Source: Spirochaetaceae bacterium (GTDB lineage Bacteria > Spirochaetota > Spirochaetia > B11-G9). Taken from it: a DNA stretch of 64,000 nucleotides. The position numbers and the translations under genes were made by a program. Below the pieces are notes generated by a model. It saw nothing but the letters and a program-made list of their open reading frames with translations. It searched no databases and was not told where the DNA came from. Position 1 is the first letter of the stretch; each line of letters opens with the position of its first letter. Positions 56,204 through 64,000 of this stretch are shown here, in pieces. The stretch lies in the NCBI GenBank assembly GCA_015493635.1, contig WGCU01000079.1, forward strand, positions 23,674 through 87,673, read 5' to 3'.

Positions 56204-58083
56204 TGCCGAAAGGATATACTGGAAAAATTATTCGTATAAATCTAACTGACAGTTCGACCAGAATTGAGACTTTTGATGAGGAGTTTTACCGGACGTATCT
56301 TGGCGGCGGCGGATTCGGAACCTACTTCCTTTTGAAAGAGACAAAAGGTGATACTGATCCTCTTTCTCCTGAAAATGTTATTACAATAGCACCGGGTATA
56401 ACAACCGGTCCTGCTGTAAGCGGTGTGAGCAGGTGCAGTCTTACCGCCCTTTCCCCTGAAACCGGGGGAATAGGTGATTCCCAGGCCGGCGGCAGTTTCG
56501 GTCCGTATCTGAAACGTGCCGGTTGGGACGGTGTTATTATTACAGGAAAGGCTCCAGCTTTTTCCTACATTCTTGTAGAGGATGATACCGTATCGGTACA
56601 GCCTGCGGAGGGAATCCGGGGAATGTCAATTCTTGAGGCACGGGATTTTTTTGAGGAGAAGTATGGAAAGAAGGGTGTCTCTGTTATGCAGTGCGGTCCT
56701 GCCGGTGAGAAACTGGTCAAATACGCCTCGGTTTCAAGTGATCTGCATGATGCCTACGGAAGAACGGGGATGGGAGCGGTATTCGGGAGCAAAAATCTCC
56801 GGGCGGTTGTTGTTAAAGGAACTGGTCAAGTGGAATTTGCTGATCCTGAAGGATTAAAGAAACTTGCTCAGAGTGCCATTAAAAATATTCCGAATTCCGG
56901 ATTTGTAACAACCATAAAAGCATACGGGACTGAGGGTATTGTTATCGGTAATGCCGAAGCGGGAAATCTCTGTACCCATAATTACTCGACGGGTTATCAC
57001 AAGGATTACGCAAAACTTGACAGAAGTACGTACGATGAATCCATTCTCTCAAAGGGAACGACCTGTTACGGATGCGCGGTGGGGTGCCGGAAAACCATAA
57101 AAGCACAGACCCCCTATACCGTAACAGACAGACTCGGCGGACCGGAGTTTGAAACCATTGGACTGCTAGGGCCGAACCTGGATATTACCGACCCTGTTGC
57201 CGTTGCCAAGGCAAATGAAGTCTGCAATACCTATGGAATTGATACCATTACCTTCGGCGGTATTGCATCGTACCTTGCCGAGTGTGTGGAGAAGGGTCTT
57301 ATTACTGATGATCAGATAGGATTTAAAGGTTTTGGCTTCGGTAACCCTGATGGGATTATCTGGCTTATTGAACAGATTGGAAAACGGGAAGGTATCGGTG
57401 ATATTCTTGCGGAAGGGTTTGAAGCAGCCATCAAGTATTTCGGTGAGGAAACCCGTAAGTATGCGGTACATGTAAAGGGGCATGGATTTGCTGTGCATAT
57501 GCCCCAGGTAAAACCTTCTCTTGCGCTCATGTACGCGGTTGTTCCGATTGGAGCTGATCATATGTCAAGCGAGCATGACTGGCTTATGGCTGATACGTCG
57601 GAGGCATCAAGAGGTCTTGGAATTCTTGTCTCCGATGATGTGTATTCAACCGGAATCAATAAGGTTCGTATGGCCGTGTATTCCCAGTATTACTACTCGG
57701 TGCTTGATGCACTCAACCTCTGCATGTTCTGCTGGGGAGCCGGCAGCCTCTATACCTATCCGGAACTTGAGGAACTGGTGCACTACACAACCGGGATGGA
57801 TATGACATTCTGGGAACTTATGAAAGCCGGAGAACGGAAAATTACCATGATGCGTCTTTTAAATCTCCGCAGAGGCTTTACTGAAAAAGATGATGTTCTT
57901 CCTGAGAAAATGTTTCAGCCGCTGTATGACGGTCCCACAAAGGGACGTTCTGTTGACAGGGAAGCTTTTAAAGAGATGAAGGCCCTGTACTATGGTTTTC
58001 TCGGCTGGGATGAAGCAGGTGTACCGACAAAAGGAAAACTTGCTGAACTTGGTCTTGAATGGGCTGATCAAACCGGCAATTAA
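56203..58083 (+). CDS. Tungsten-containing aldehyde:ferredoxin oxidoreductase (AOR family)
   Basis: 626 aa. AFOR_N and AFOR_C pattern including the Cys ligand motif CYGCAVGC. Confidence 0.9.
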   Translation: MPKGYTGKIIRINLTDSSTRIETFDEEFYRTYLGGGGFGTYFLLKETKGDTDPLSPENVITIAPGITTGPAVSGVSRCSLTALSPETGGIGDSQAGGSFGPYLKRAGWDGVIITGKAPAFSYILVEDDTVSVQPAEGIRGMSILEARDFFEEKYGKKGVSVMQCGPAGEKLVKYASVSSDLHDAYGRTGMGAVFGSKNLRAVVVKGTGQVEFADPEGLKKLAQSAIKNIPNSGFVTTIKAYGTEGIVIGNAEAGNLCTHNYSTGYHKDYAKLDRSTYDESILSKGTTCYGCAVGCRKTIKAQTPYTVTDRLGGPEFETIGLLGPNLDITDPVAVAKANEVCNTYGIDTITFGGIASYLAECVEKGLITDDQIGFKGFGFGNPDGIIWLIEQIGKREGIGDILAEGFEAAIKYFGEETRKYAVHVKGHGFAVHMPQVKPSLALMYAVVPIGADHMSSEHDWLMADTSEASRGLGILVSDDVYSTGINKVRMAVYSQYYYSVLDALNLCMFCWGAGSLYTYPELEELVHYTTGMDMTFWELMKAGERKITMMRLLNLRRGFTEKDDVLPEKMFQPLYDGPTKGRSVDREAFKEMKALYYGFLGWDEAGVPTKGKLAELGLEWADQTGN

Positions 58084-58101
58084 GACAGTATTAAGAAAGT
58101 A

Positions 58102-58147
58102 GGCCGTAGAGGCAGGAATTCCCGTCTCTATGGCCGCTTCTTTTTTA
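58102..58147. terminator. Bidirectional rho-independent terminator
   Basis: GGCCGTAGAGGCAGG-aatt-CCCGTCTCTATGGCC stem plus GCTTCTTTTTT. Confidence 0.75.
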
Positions 58148-58933
58148 ATAGAACTTTGCAACCGTTTCTTTCAGAACCTCCGGCTGGTTTGAAATGATCC
58201 CGTCTACTCCCCGCTGCAGTAAGTCTAAAGCCTTGTCTCTTTCATCAACAACCCATGTCATAACGCCGAAACCGTTTTTCCCTTTAGCATGTTTTAAAAG
58301 TTTTTTGGTAACTTGTGTTTTTGATGGTTTCATAATATCTGGTCTGGCAATATACTTTCCGGCTCCTCTTCTAAAGATGAACGGTACTTTTGGAGAGACA
58401 CAGTAGATAACAGCTGTCGGAATCCCGGGGAAAAGTTTTTTGAAGCTCCGTACGGCGAAGGGGTTGAATGAGGAGATTATAACCCTGTCTTCAAGGTTGT
58501 ATTCCCTGATTTTCCTCATTATTTCAGTTTCCATTACGGTTGATTTTATCAGGTTATGTTTTATTTCTATGTCATAGTAGACTTGATCTCCCATGAGAGA
58601 GAAAACTTCATCAAGGGTGGGTATTTTTTCTCCTTCATATTTCCCGGAAAAGAAGGAGCCGAAGTCCATCCTGCGAAGCTCTTCGTAAGTTTTGTCTTCA
58701 ACCAGAGCGTCCACTCCTGTTATTCTTTTCAGATTAAAATCGTGGGTAATAACAAGTTCGCCTGATTTACATGTATGAACATCAAGTTCAATCCCCGGTA
58801 CACCGTTTTTCAGAATTTCTTTGAAAGCTGAGAGAGTGTTCTCAGGAGCTTTTTTAGAGCATCCCCGGTGGCCGAAAAGCAACGGATGCTCCGCAAAGGG
58901 GAAGATTTCCTTTCCTGTTTTTTTCTGTATCAT
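58145..58933 (-). CDS. Glycerophosphodiester phosphodiesterase
   Basis: FGHRGCSKKAPENT...ELDVHTCKSGELVITHD GDPD motifs. Confidence 0.85.
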   Translation of the reverse strand: MIQKKTGKEIFPFAEHPLLFGHRGCSKKAPENTLSAFKEILKNGVPGIELDVHTCKSGELVITHDFNLKRITGVDALVEDKTYEELRRMDFGSFFSGKYEGEKIPTLDEVFSLMGDQVYYDIEIKHNLIKSTVMETEIMRKIREYNLEDRVIISSFNPFAVRSFKKLFPGIPTAVIYCVSPKVPFIFRRGAGKYIARPDIMKPSKTQVTKKLLKHAKGKNGFGVMTWVVDERDKALDLLQRGVDGIISNQPEVLKETVAKFY

Positions 58934-59033
58934 AGTATGATCCTTATGTCTCCATCATTTCAATAAATGACTTCATAAAATATTCATTTGGATGGAGGTA
59001 GTCAATAGATAAAATCTCGATTATAGTGGATTG

Positions 59034-59618
59034 ATGAATTTAACGCTGCACCGGTACATTTTTGAGATTATCGCTCCTGTATATACCTGGTTTTTCAAAG
59101 GACAACATAAACGCTATACGGAAATTCTTTCTGAAAATGAAGCTCTGTTAAAGATACCTCCCGGAGGCCGTATTCTGGATATCGGCTGTGGAACCGGAGC
59201 GCTAACGCAGGCTTTTGCCGATAGAGGGTTTTCTGTTACGGGCGTGGATATTGCCCGGAATATGGCAGCTTCCGGAAAACGGAAAGGTCTCGATTGTATG
59301 TATGGAAATGCCGTCGAAGGTCTTCCGTTTCCTGATAAATCCTTTGATCTCGTTGTGTTTGCCTATGTGGCACATGGCCTGGATAGAGAGAAACGCGCCC
59401 AACTCTTCAGGGAAGCTTCCCGGCTTTCCGGAGGAACGGTTCTTATTCATGATTATGGCCGGGAAAGAAGTTTGGGTACTACCTTTATTGAATTTCTGGA
59501 AGGCGGGGACTATTTTAACTTTATAAAAAAAGGGGAAGATGAAATGCGGAACTTTTTCCCGGATGTTACTGTTGTTTCAGTCGGTGACAATGCCTGCTGG
59601 TATATCTGCCGGCTGTAG
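59034..59618 (+). CDS. Class I SAM-dependent methyltransferase
   Basis: Motif I ILDIGCGTGALT and motif post-I VTGVDIARNM. Confidence 0.8.
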   Translation: MNLTLHRYIFEIIAPVYTWFFKGQHKRYTEILSENEALLKIPPGGRILDIGCGTGALTQAFADRGFSVTGVDIARNMAASGKRKGLDCMYGNAVEGLPFPDKSFDLVVFAYVAHGLDREKRAQLFREASRLSGGTVLIHDYGRERSLGTTFIEFLEGGDYFNFIKKGEDEMRNFFPDVTVVSVGDNACWYICRL

Positions 59619-59621
59619 ATA

Positions 59622-61136
59622 TTACGTTTTCGTCCGGACCGGAAAGTCAAGATGCCAGGTTATACCTCCTTCCGTTGTGTAGTGTATGGTTCCGTTGAGC
59701 TGAACTTCCGCGATGGAAAAGATAAGTTTCATACCAAGACTGTTGCTCTCCCTGAAATCAAATCCTTCCGGGACGCTGACTCCGTTGTCACTGAGAACAA
59801 GATGAATAATATTATCCCTGGTTTTACTGAGAGAAACACTGATCTTTCCCGCGTGTTTATCAGGAAAAGCGTATTTGAAAACATTGGTTAAGATTTCATT
59901 AAGAATAATACCCGCTGGAATAGCCTGACTCAAGGGTAGAATTATATCTTCCATCTGCTTTTCTATGCTGATTGTATCTCCCGATTTCTGGTAACTTTCT
60001 TTTAATGTTACAAGGAGATCATCAATATACTGGTTAAGATAAATAGTATCCAGTGATCCCGACTGGTACAGCTTTTCGTGAACTGCGGCCATGGAATAAA
60101 TTCTGTTTCTCATGTCATCAAAGACTTCATTGATCTCTTTATTGTCTGTATAACCGGATTTTAATGACAGGAGGGAGCCTATCATCTGCATATTGTTCTT
60201 GGTCCGATGATGAAGTTCCTTCATCAGCGTTTTTTTCTCTTTTAATGCAAGACTGAGAGACTCCTCCACCTCTTTTTGTCGGGTAATATCCATCATGCTT
60301 ACTATGGTATGTTTTAGAGCCTGCTTTGAAGCAGGGAATTTAATTTTGAGTAATGCTGTTCTCTTGTTTCCCTTTAACGTCCTGTGGTTGATTTCTGAAA
60401 CAAACTCCTCTTTACCCTCGGCGAGGGCGGCAAGTTCTTCCGCCAGAACATGTACCTGGTCTTTAGGAATAATATACTCCAGGGATCCAAATATCTGGTC
60501 TTTGGATGATGCCTCTACAAGGTGCAATGTCTCAACATTTATATCAATGACCCTGACTGAACCAATAATTTCAAGGACGGTTTCAGGGTGTGCGTGAAGG
60601 TATGCAGCTACATCAGTTTTACATTTTTTTTGAAGTGACTGAAGCATTGCTTTTGCCTTGGAAAAATCCTCTTCCCAGAAAGCGACACCCGCATTTTCAA
60701 ATACAAACCGATACCATTGTTCATTTTGAATAAGCTTTTTTTCGGCGGCTTTGCGCTGGCTTATATCCCTGATAATGGAAAAGAAAAAGGAAGTTTCTGC
60801 AATATCCGCCTGAAGAATGGTAACCTCAACGGGGATACGTTTCCCGTCCTTGCAGAGATCCTCTGTTTCAAAGAAAGTAGAGGAATGTGTCTGTAAGTCG
60901 GAAAGGGTAACACTTGTACCTTCGGGCCGTTTTTCCGGCGGGACAAGGTCCCGGAGGGTGAGTGCTGTTATTTCATGGTGAGTATATCCCAGCATGGTGC
61001 AGTAAGGTTCATTCGCATCAAGTATCTGGTCATGGATATCTGTAATAAGTATCGGGATAGAGGAGTGTGTAAAAAGGGACTGGTACAATTTACTTCTTTT
61101 AAGAAAATCAAGCGTCATTAAACAAAAGTATACCAT
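59622..61136 (-). CDS. PAS-domain sensor histidine kinase of the HisKA_2/HWE type
   Basis: Two PAS/PAC regions. H-box ELHHRTKNNMQMIGSLLSL (HisKA_2) and C-terminal HATPase. Start uncertain (61136 or 61118). Confidence 0.8.
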   Translation of the reverse strand: MVYFCLMTLDFLKRSKLYQSLFTHSSIPILITDIHDQILDANEPYCTMLGYTHHEITALTLRDLVPPEKRPEGTSVTLSDLQTHSSTFFETEDLCKDGKRIPVEVTILQADIAETSFFFSIIRDISQRKAAEKKLIQNEQWYRFVFENAGVAFWEEDFSKAKAMLQSLQKKCKTDVAAYLHAHPETVLEIIGSVRVIDINVETLHLVEASSKDQIFGSLEYIIPKDQVHVLAEELAALAEGKEEFVSEINHRTLKGNKRTALLKIKFPASKQALKHTIVSMMDITRQKEVEESLSLALKEKKTLMKELHHRTKNNMQMIGSLLSLKSGYTDNKEINEVFDDMRNRIYSMAAVHEKLYQSGSLDTIYLNQYIDDLLVTLKESYQKSGDTISIEKQMEDIILPLSQAIPAGIILNEILTNVFKYAFPDKHAGKISVSLSKTRDNIIHLVLSDNGVSVPEGFDFRESNSLGMKLIFSIAEVQLNGTIHYTTEGGITWHLDFPVRTKT

Positions 61137-61283
61137 AATTTGATCATAATTTAAACAAGTTTAAAAAAAATAGGAATGTTCCCTGTAAAAAAGAAAATTT
61201 TCTTGTTATATGAGAGATATCATAGTATAATGTTTACTTTCTACCAAAAATTTTTGGAAAATTTCAGACGGAGGAAGAGAGAG

Positions 61284-62285
61284 ATGAAAAAATTATTATC
61301 ATTGCTTCTCATTACTGCAATTACCGTTTCGGCACTGTTTGCAGGAGGAAGTAAAGAACAGCAGAAGGGCGAAAAACCATTCAAAATGGCTGCTATTTTT
61401 CAGACATCCATTGAAGAACCCTGGGACGGAGCCATTCATGCCGCATGTGAAAAAGTCGCAAAGGAAATGAACATTACGTATGAATTTGCTGAAGGTGTTC
61501 AGGCTGCTGATTTTGAAAAAGTTGTACGGGAATACGCATCCAGAGGTTTTAATCTTATTGTCGGTGATGCTTTTCTGGCCGGTGAAGAACCTTCCCGAAG
61601 GGTTGCCAAAGATTATCCAAATGTTGCGTTTGCCTTTGGTTCGGAACATGGTCCCCAGGAGCCGAATTATTCGGTTTTTGATAACTGGATTCATGAACCT
61701 GCCTATCTGTCTGGAATTATTGCCGGGATGATGACAAAAACCAATACCCTCGGTGTTGTTGCTGCAATTCCTATTCCAGAAGTAAACCGTCTTGTCAATG
61801 CCTACAAAGCAGGTGCTCTCTCTGTTAATCCAAAAGTAAAGGTAAAGGTATCTTTTATCGGAAGCTGGTTTGATCCTGCCAAAGCAAAGGAAGCTGCTGT
61901 CGCGATGATTCAGAGCGGTGCTGATTATCTGTATGCTGAGAGGTTCGGCGTTTTTGAAGCAGCAAAAGAAGCTGGTGTTTATGCGTTTGGTAATATGGCA
62001 GATCAGAATTCGCTTGCTCCTGATGTTGTTGTAACAAGCTGTATCTGGGATGTCTATCCTCTTATCAAGAAGAGTGTTGAGTCAGTAAAAGCGGGGACAT
62101 GGAAAGCAGCAAATTTGAAAAACTGGTCAATGATGGCGGCAGGCGGAGCAAAACTCGCTCCGTACCATGGATTCGATTCAAAACTTCCCGCGAAGGTTAA
62201 AGATAAAGTCGCGGCTGTTGAAGCAAAAATTATGGATGGTTCTTTTACTGTTCCTGTTGATGAATCAGAACCTGTTTCTGATTAG
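61284..62285 (+). CDS. BMP-family (Med/PnrA/TmpC-like) nucleoside-binding ABC transporter lipoprotein
   Basis: Signal peptide MKKLLSLLLITAITVSALFAGGS, then a BMP-family fold. GGAGGAAG RBS. Confidence 0.8.
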   Translation: MKKLLSLLLITAITVSALFAGGSKEQQKGEKPFKMAAIFQTSIEEPWDGAIHAACEKVAKEMNITYEFAEGVQAADFEKVVREYASRGFNLIVGDAFLAGEEPSRRVAKDYPNVAFAFGSEHGPQEPNYSVFDNWIHEPAYLSGIIAGMMTKTNTLGVVAAIPIPEVNRLVNAYKAGALSVNPKVKVKVSFIGSWFDPAKAKEAAVAMIQSGADYLYAERFGVFEAAKEAGVYAFGNMADQNSLAPDVVVTSCIWDVYPLIKKSVESVKAGTWKAANLKNWSMMAAGGAKLAPYHGFDSKLPAKVKDKVAAVEAKIMDGSFTVPVDESEPVSD

Positions 62286-62307
62286 ACTTCCGCTGCATTT
62301 TAATGAG

Positions 62308-62345
62308 ATCAGCCTGCAGTTTTCTGCAGGCTGATTTATTCTTTA
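62308..62345 (+). terminator. Rho-independent terminator
   Basis: ATCAGCCTGCAG-tttt-CTGCAGGCTGAT perfect 12-bp stem plus TTATTCTTT. Confidence 0.8.
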
Positions 62346-62377
62346 AGGGTAGGATTTAAAGTAAGGAGGGTGTTTTC

Positions 62378-63886
62378 TTGGAAAAACAACCTGTAATAGA
62401 AATGCGGGAAGTCACAAAGCGGTTTCTCGATGTAATAGCAAATAACAAGGTAAACTTAAAGTTATACCCCGGAGAAATTGTTTCTCTCCTTGGAGAAAAT
62501 GGAGCAGGTAAGACGACGCTTATGAATGTCCTGTTCGGTTATTATCAGCTTGACGGAGGGGAACTTTTAATCAGGGGTAAAAAGGCTGTGTTTACCTCGC
62601 CGGGTGATGCAATTGCCAGCGGAATTGCAATGATTCATCAGCATTTTACCCTTGTTCCCAGCCAGACTGTTCTTGAAAATGTTATGATAGGTGTGGAAGG
62701 GGCGTTTTTTCTCAATAAAGCACAAGCTAAAAAGAAACTGCTTGCAATAGAAGACCAGTTTGGTCTTCAACTTGATCCTGACGCGTACGTATGGACCCTG
62801 GCCATCGGGGAAAAACAGAAGCTTGAGATATTGAAATCTCTCTACCGAGAAGCAGAAATTCTTATTATGGATGAACCGACGGCGGTTCTTGCTCCCACAG
62901 AGACAATAGAACTGTTCAAGACGTTGAAAACCCTCGTTTCAAAGGGTAAGTCAGTTATATTTATCTCTCATCACCTTCAGGAGGTTATGGAAATTTCCGA
63001 CCGGGTTATTGTTCTGCGGAACGGAGAGAATGTTGCAGAGCGGAAAGTCTCAAAAACGACCATTCCGGAACTAGCAAGCCTTATGGTCGGGCGTGAACTT
63101 CTCGAACGTCTTGAACGGGGAAGTAGTAATCCCGGTAAACCAGTAATGGAAGTTTCCGGTCTCCGTGTTAAAAATAACAGAGGAATTGTTGCTGTTGACG
63201 GAGTTTCCCTGCAGGTGCGTGAAGGGGAAGTTGTCGGAGTAGCGGGGGTGTCCGGAAACGGACAGACAGAACTTTCCGAGATTCTCTTTGGGCAGCGCTT
63301 CCCGGAGGAAGGAACAATCCAGATTTACGGGAAAAGTATTCCCGGAGGAAGTCCTGCAAAAATTATCAAAACAGGGATGGCACGGATACCTGAAGACCGA
63401 ATTGCCACCGGTTTGTTTATGGATCTGTCGGTTAAAGAGAACATGATTCTTGAAAAACATACTTCGGAACCCATATCCAGGAACGGGCTTCTTAACAAGA
63501 AGGAAATTGAAGAATTTGCTCTTCATTGTGTAAAGGATTTTCAGGTTAAAACAGATGGAATAGAAGCTCCTGTAAAGAGCCTTTCCGGAGGGAATTTACA
63601 GAAGGTGATTCTGGCCAGGGAGCTGGTAGGGAATCCCAAAGTTGTTGTTGCCTGTCAGCCTACACGGGGGCTTGATGTCGGTGCCATGGAATATGTCCAT
63701 CAGGCAATGCTCAACGAAAAAGACAGAGGGGCCGGTGTGCTCCTCATTTCAGATGATCTTGATGAAATATTTTTACTCAGTGACAGAATTGTTGTGATGT
63801 ATGAAGGAAAAATTATGGGTGAAACAGATATTGAACATGCAAACAGGGATACCATTGGTCTGTGGATGAGCGGGGTGGCGTCATGA
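62378..63886 (+). CDS. ABC transporter ATP-binding protein with duplicated ATPase domains (nucleoside/sugar type)
   Basis: TTG start after AAGGAGGG. Two Walker A regions (GENGAGKTT; second degenerate) and two signature motifs. Confidence 0.85.
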   Translation: MEKQPVIEMREVTKRFLDVIANNKVNLKLYPGEIVSLLGENGAGKTTLMNVLFGYYQLDGGELLIRGKKAVFTSPGDAIASGIAMIHQHFTLVPSQTVLENVMIGVEGAFFLNKAQAKKKLLAIEDQFGLQLDPDAYVWTLAIGEKQKLEILKSLYREAEILIMDEPTAVLAPTETIELFKTLKTLVSKGKSVIFISHHLQEVMEISDRVIVLRNGENVAERKVSKTTIPELASLMVGRELLERLERGSSNPGKPVMEVSGLRVKNNRGIVAVDGVSLQVREGEVVGVAGVSGNGQTELSEILFGQRFPEEGTIQIYGKSIPGGSPAKIIKTGMARIPEDRIATGLFMDLSVKENMILEKHTSEPISRNGLLNKKEIEEFALHCVKDFQVKTDGIEAPVKSLSGGNLQKVILARELVGNPKVVVACQPTRGLDVGAMEYVHQAMLNEKDRGAGVLLISDDLDEIFLLSDRIVVMYEGKIMGETDIEHANRDTIGLWMSGVAS

Positions 63887-64000
63887 TACATATGAGTATT
63901 ATCAAACGGAAACCTCTCCCCGGGTGGGTAAGAGTTGTTATTCCTGTAGCGGCGGTTGTTGTTACCTTGATTCTTGCTGCCATACCCATCCTCTTTGCAG
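63883..64000 (+). CDS. ABC transporter permease (5' part; continues beyond window end)
   Basis: ATGA overlap with the ATPase stop. MIHMSIIKRKPLPGWVRVVIPVAAVVVTLILAAIPILFA begins a TM segment. Confidence 0.6.
   Translation, partial: MIHMSIIKRKPLPGWVRVVIPVAAVVVTLILAAIPILFA

Overview
Chromosomal segment of a strictly anaerobic-type bacterium (about 45% GC), densely coding and mostly metabolic and regulatory. No rRNA, tRNA, CRISPR array, transposase or integrase was found.

What the window contains:
- 1..3108: 5' end of a His-rich P1B heavy-metal ATPase gene, two SHOCT-domain membrane proteins, a standalone HD-GYP protein.
- 3171..9087: a c-di-GMP two-component cluster: hybrid histidine kinase with Hpt and receiver domains, a REC-HD-GYP response regulator, and a 7TM histidine kinase.
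- 9135..15718: cobU-cobS, MFS transporter, cupin, a propionyl-CoA carboxylase beta-type carboxyltransferase with a PNPOx-like protein, and a GNAT acetyltransferase.
- 15891..29014: a reductive pyrimidine-degradation island: dihydropyrimidinase, preT-preA, an M20 N-carbamoyl amidohydrolase, a nitrilase-family hydrolase, an NCS2 uracil/xanthine permease, a DMT exporter. Embedded in it is a TauE/class-V aminotransferase/ArsR operon.
- 30072..38855: an N-heterocycle catabolic island joining a three-subunit xanthine-dehydrogenase-family molybdo-hydroxylase with FdrA/YlbE/YlbF (oxamate carbamoyltransferase-like) and a cyclase-family hydrolase.
- 38915..41684: a mercury-resistance remnant (intact Hg-type MerR and operator/promoter, decayed merA) next to a SARP-family regulator.
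- 41888..49885: a sigma54 CBS-PAS enhancer-binding protein convergent with a CoA-acylating aldehyde dehydrogenase plus class-III aminotransferase operon, ilvY-ilvC, and a cytidylate-kinase-like protein.
- 49969..58083: a polyamine-type ABC importer divergent from a C26 amidotransferase / Fe-ADH / tungsten aldehyde:ferredoxin oxidoreductase operon.
- 58145..64000: glycerophosphodiester phosphodiesterase, methyltransferase, PAS-HisKA_2 kinase, and a BMP-type nucleoside ABC transporter running off the 3' end.

Most unusual observations:
- The decayed merA has in-frame TGA codons at exactly the N-terminal redox cysteine and the first cysteine of the C-terminal CC pair (LS-U-CAG). This suggests an ancestral selenocysteine mercuric reductase.
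- A ~155-nt structured repeat occurs in two inverted copies (1201..1356 and 14587..14745) with compensatory base changes in three hairpins and a long closing stem. It is a candidate novel ncRNA or MITE-like element.
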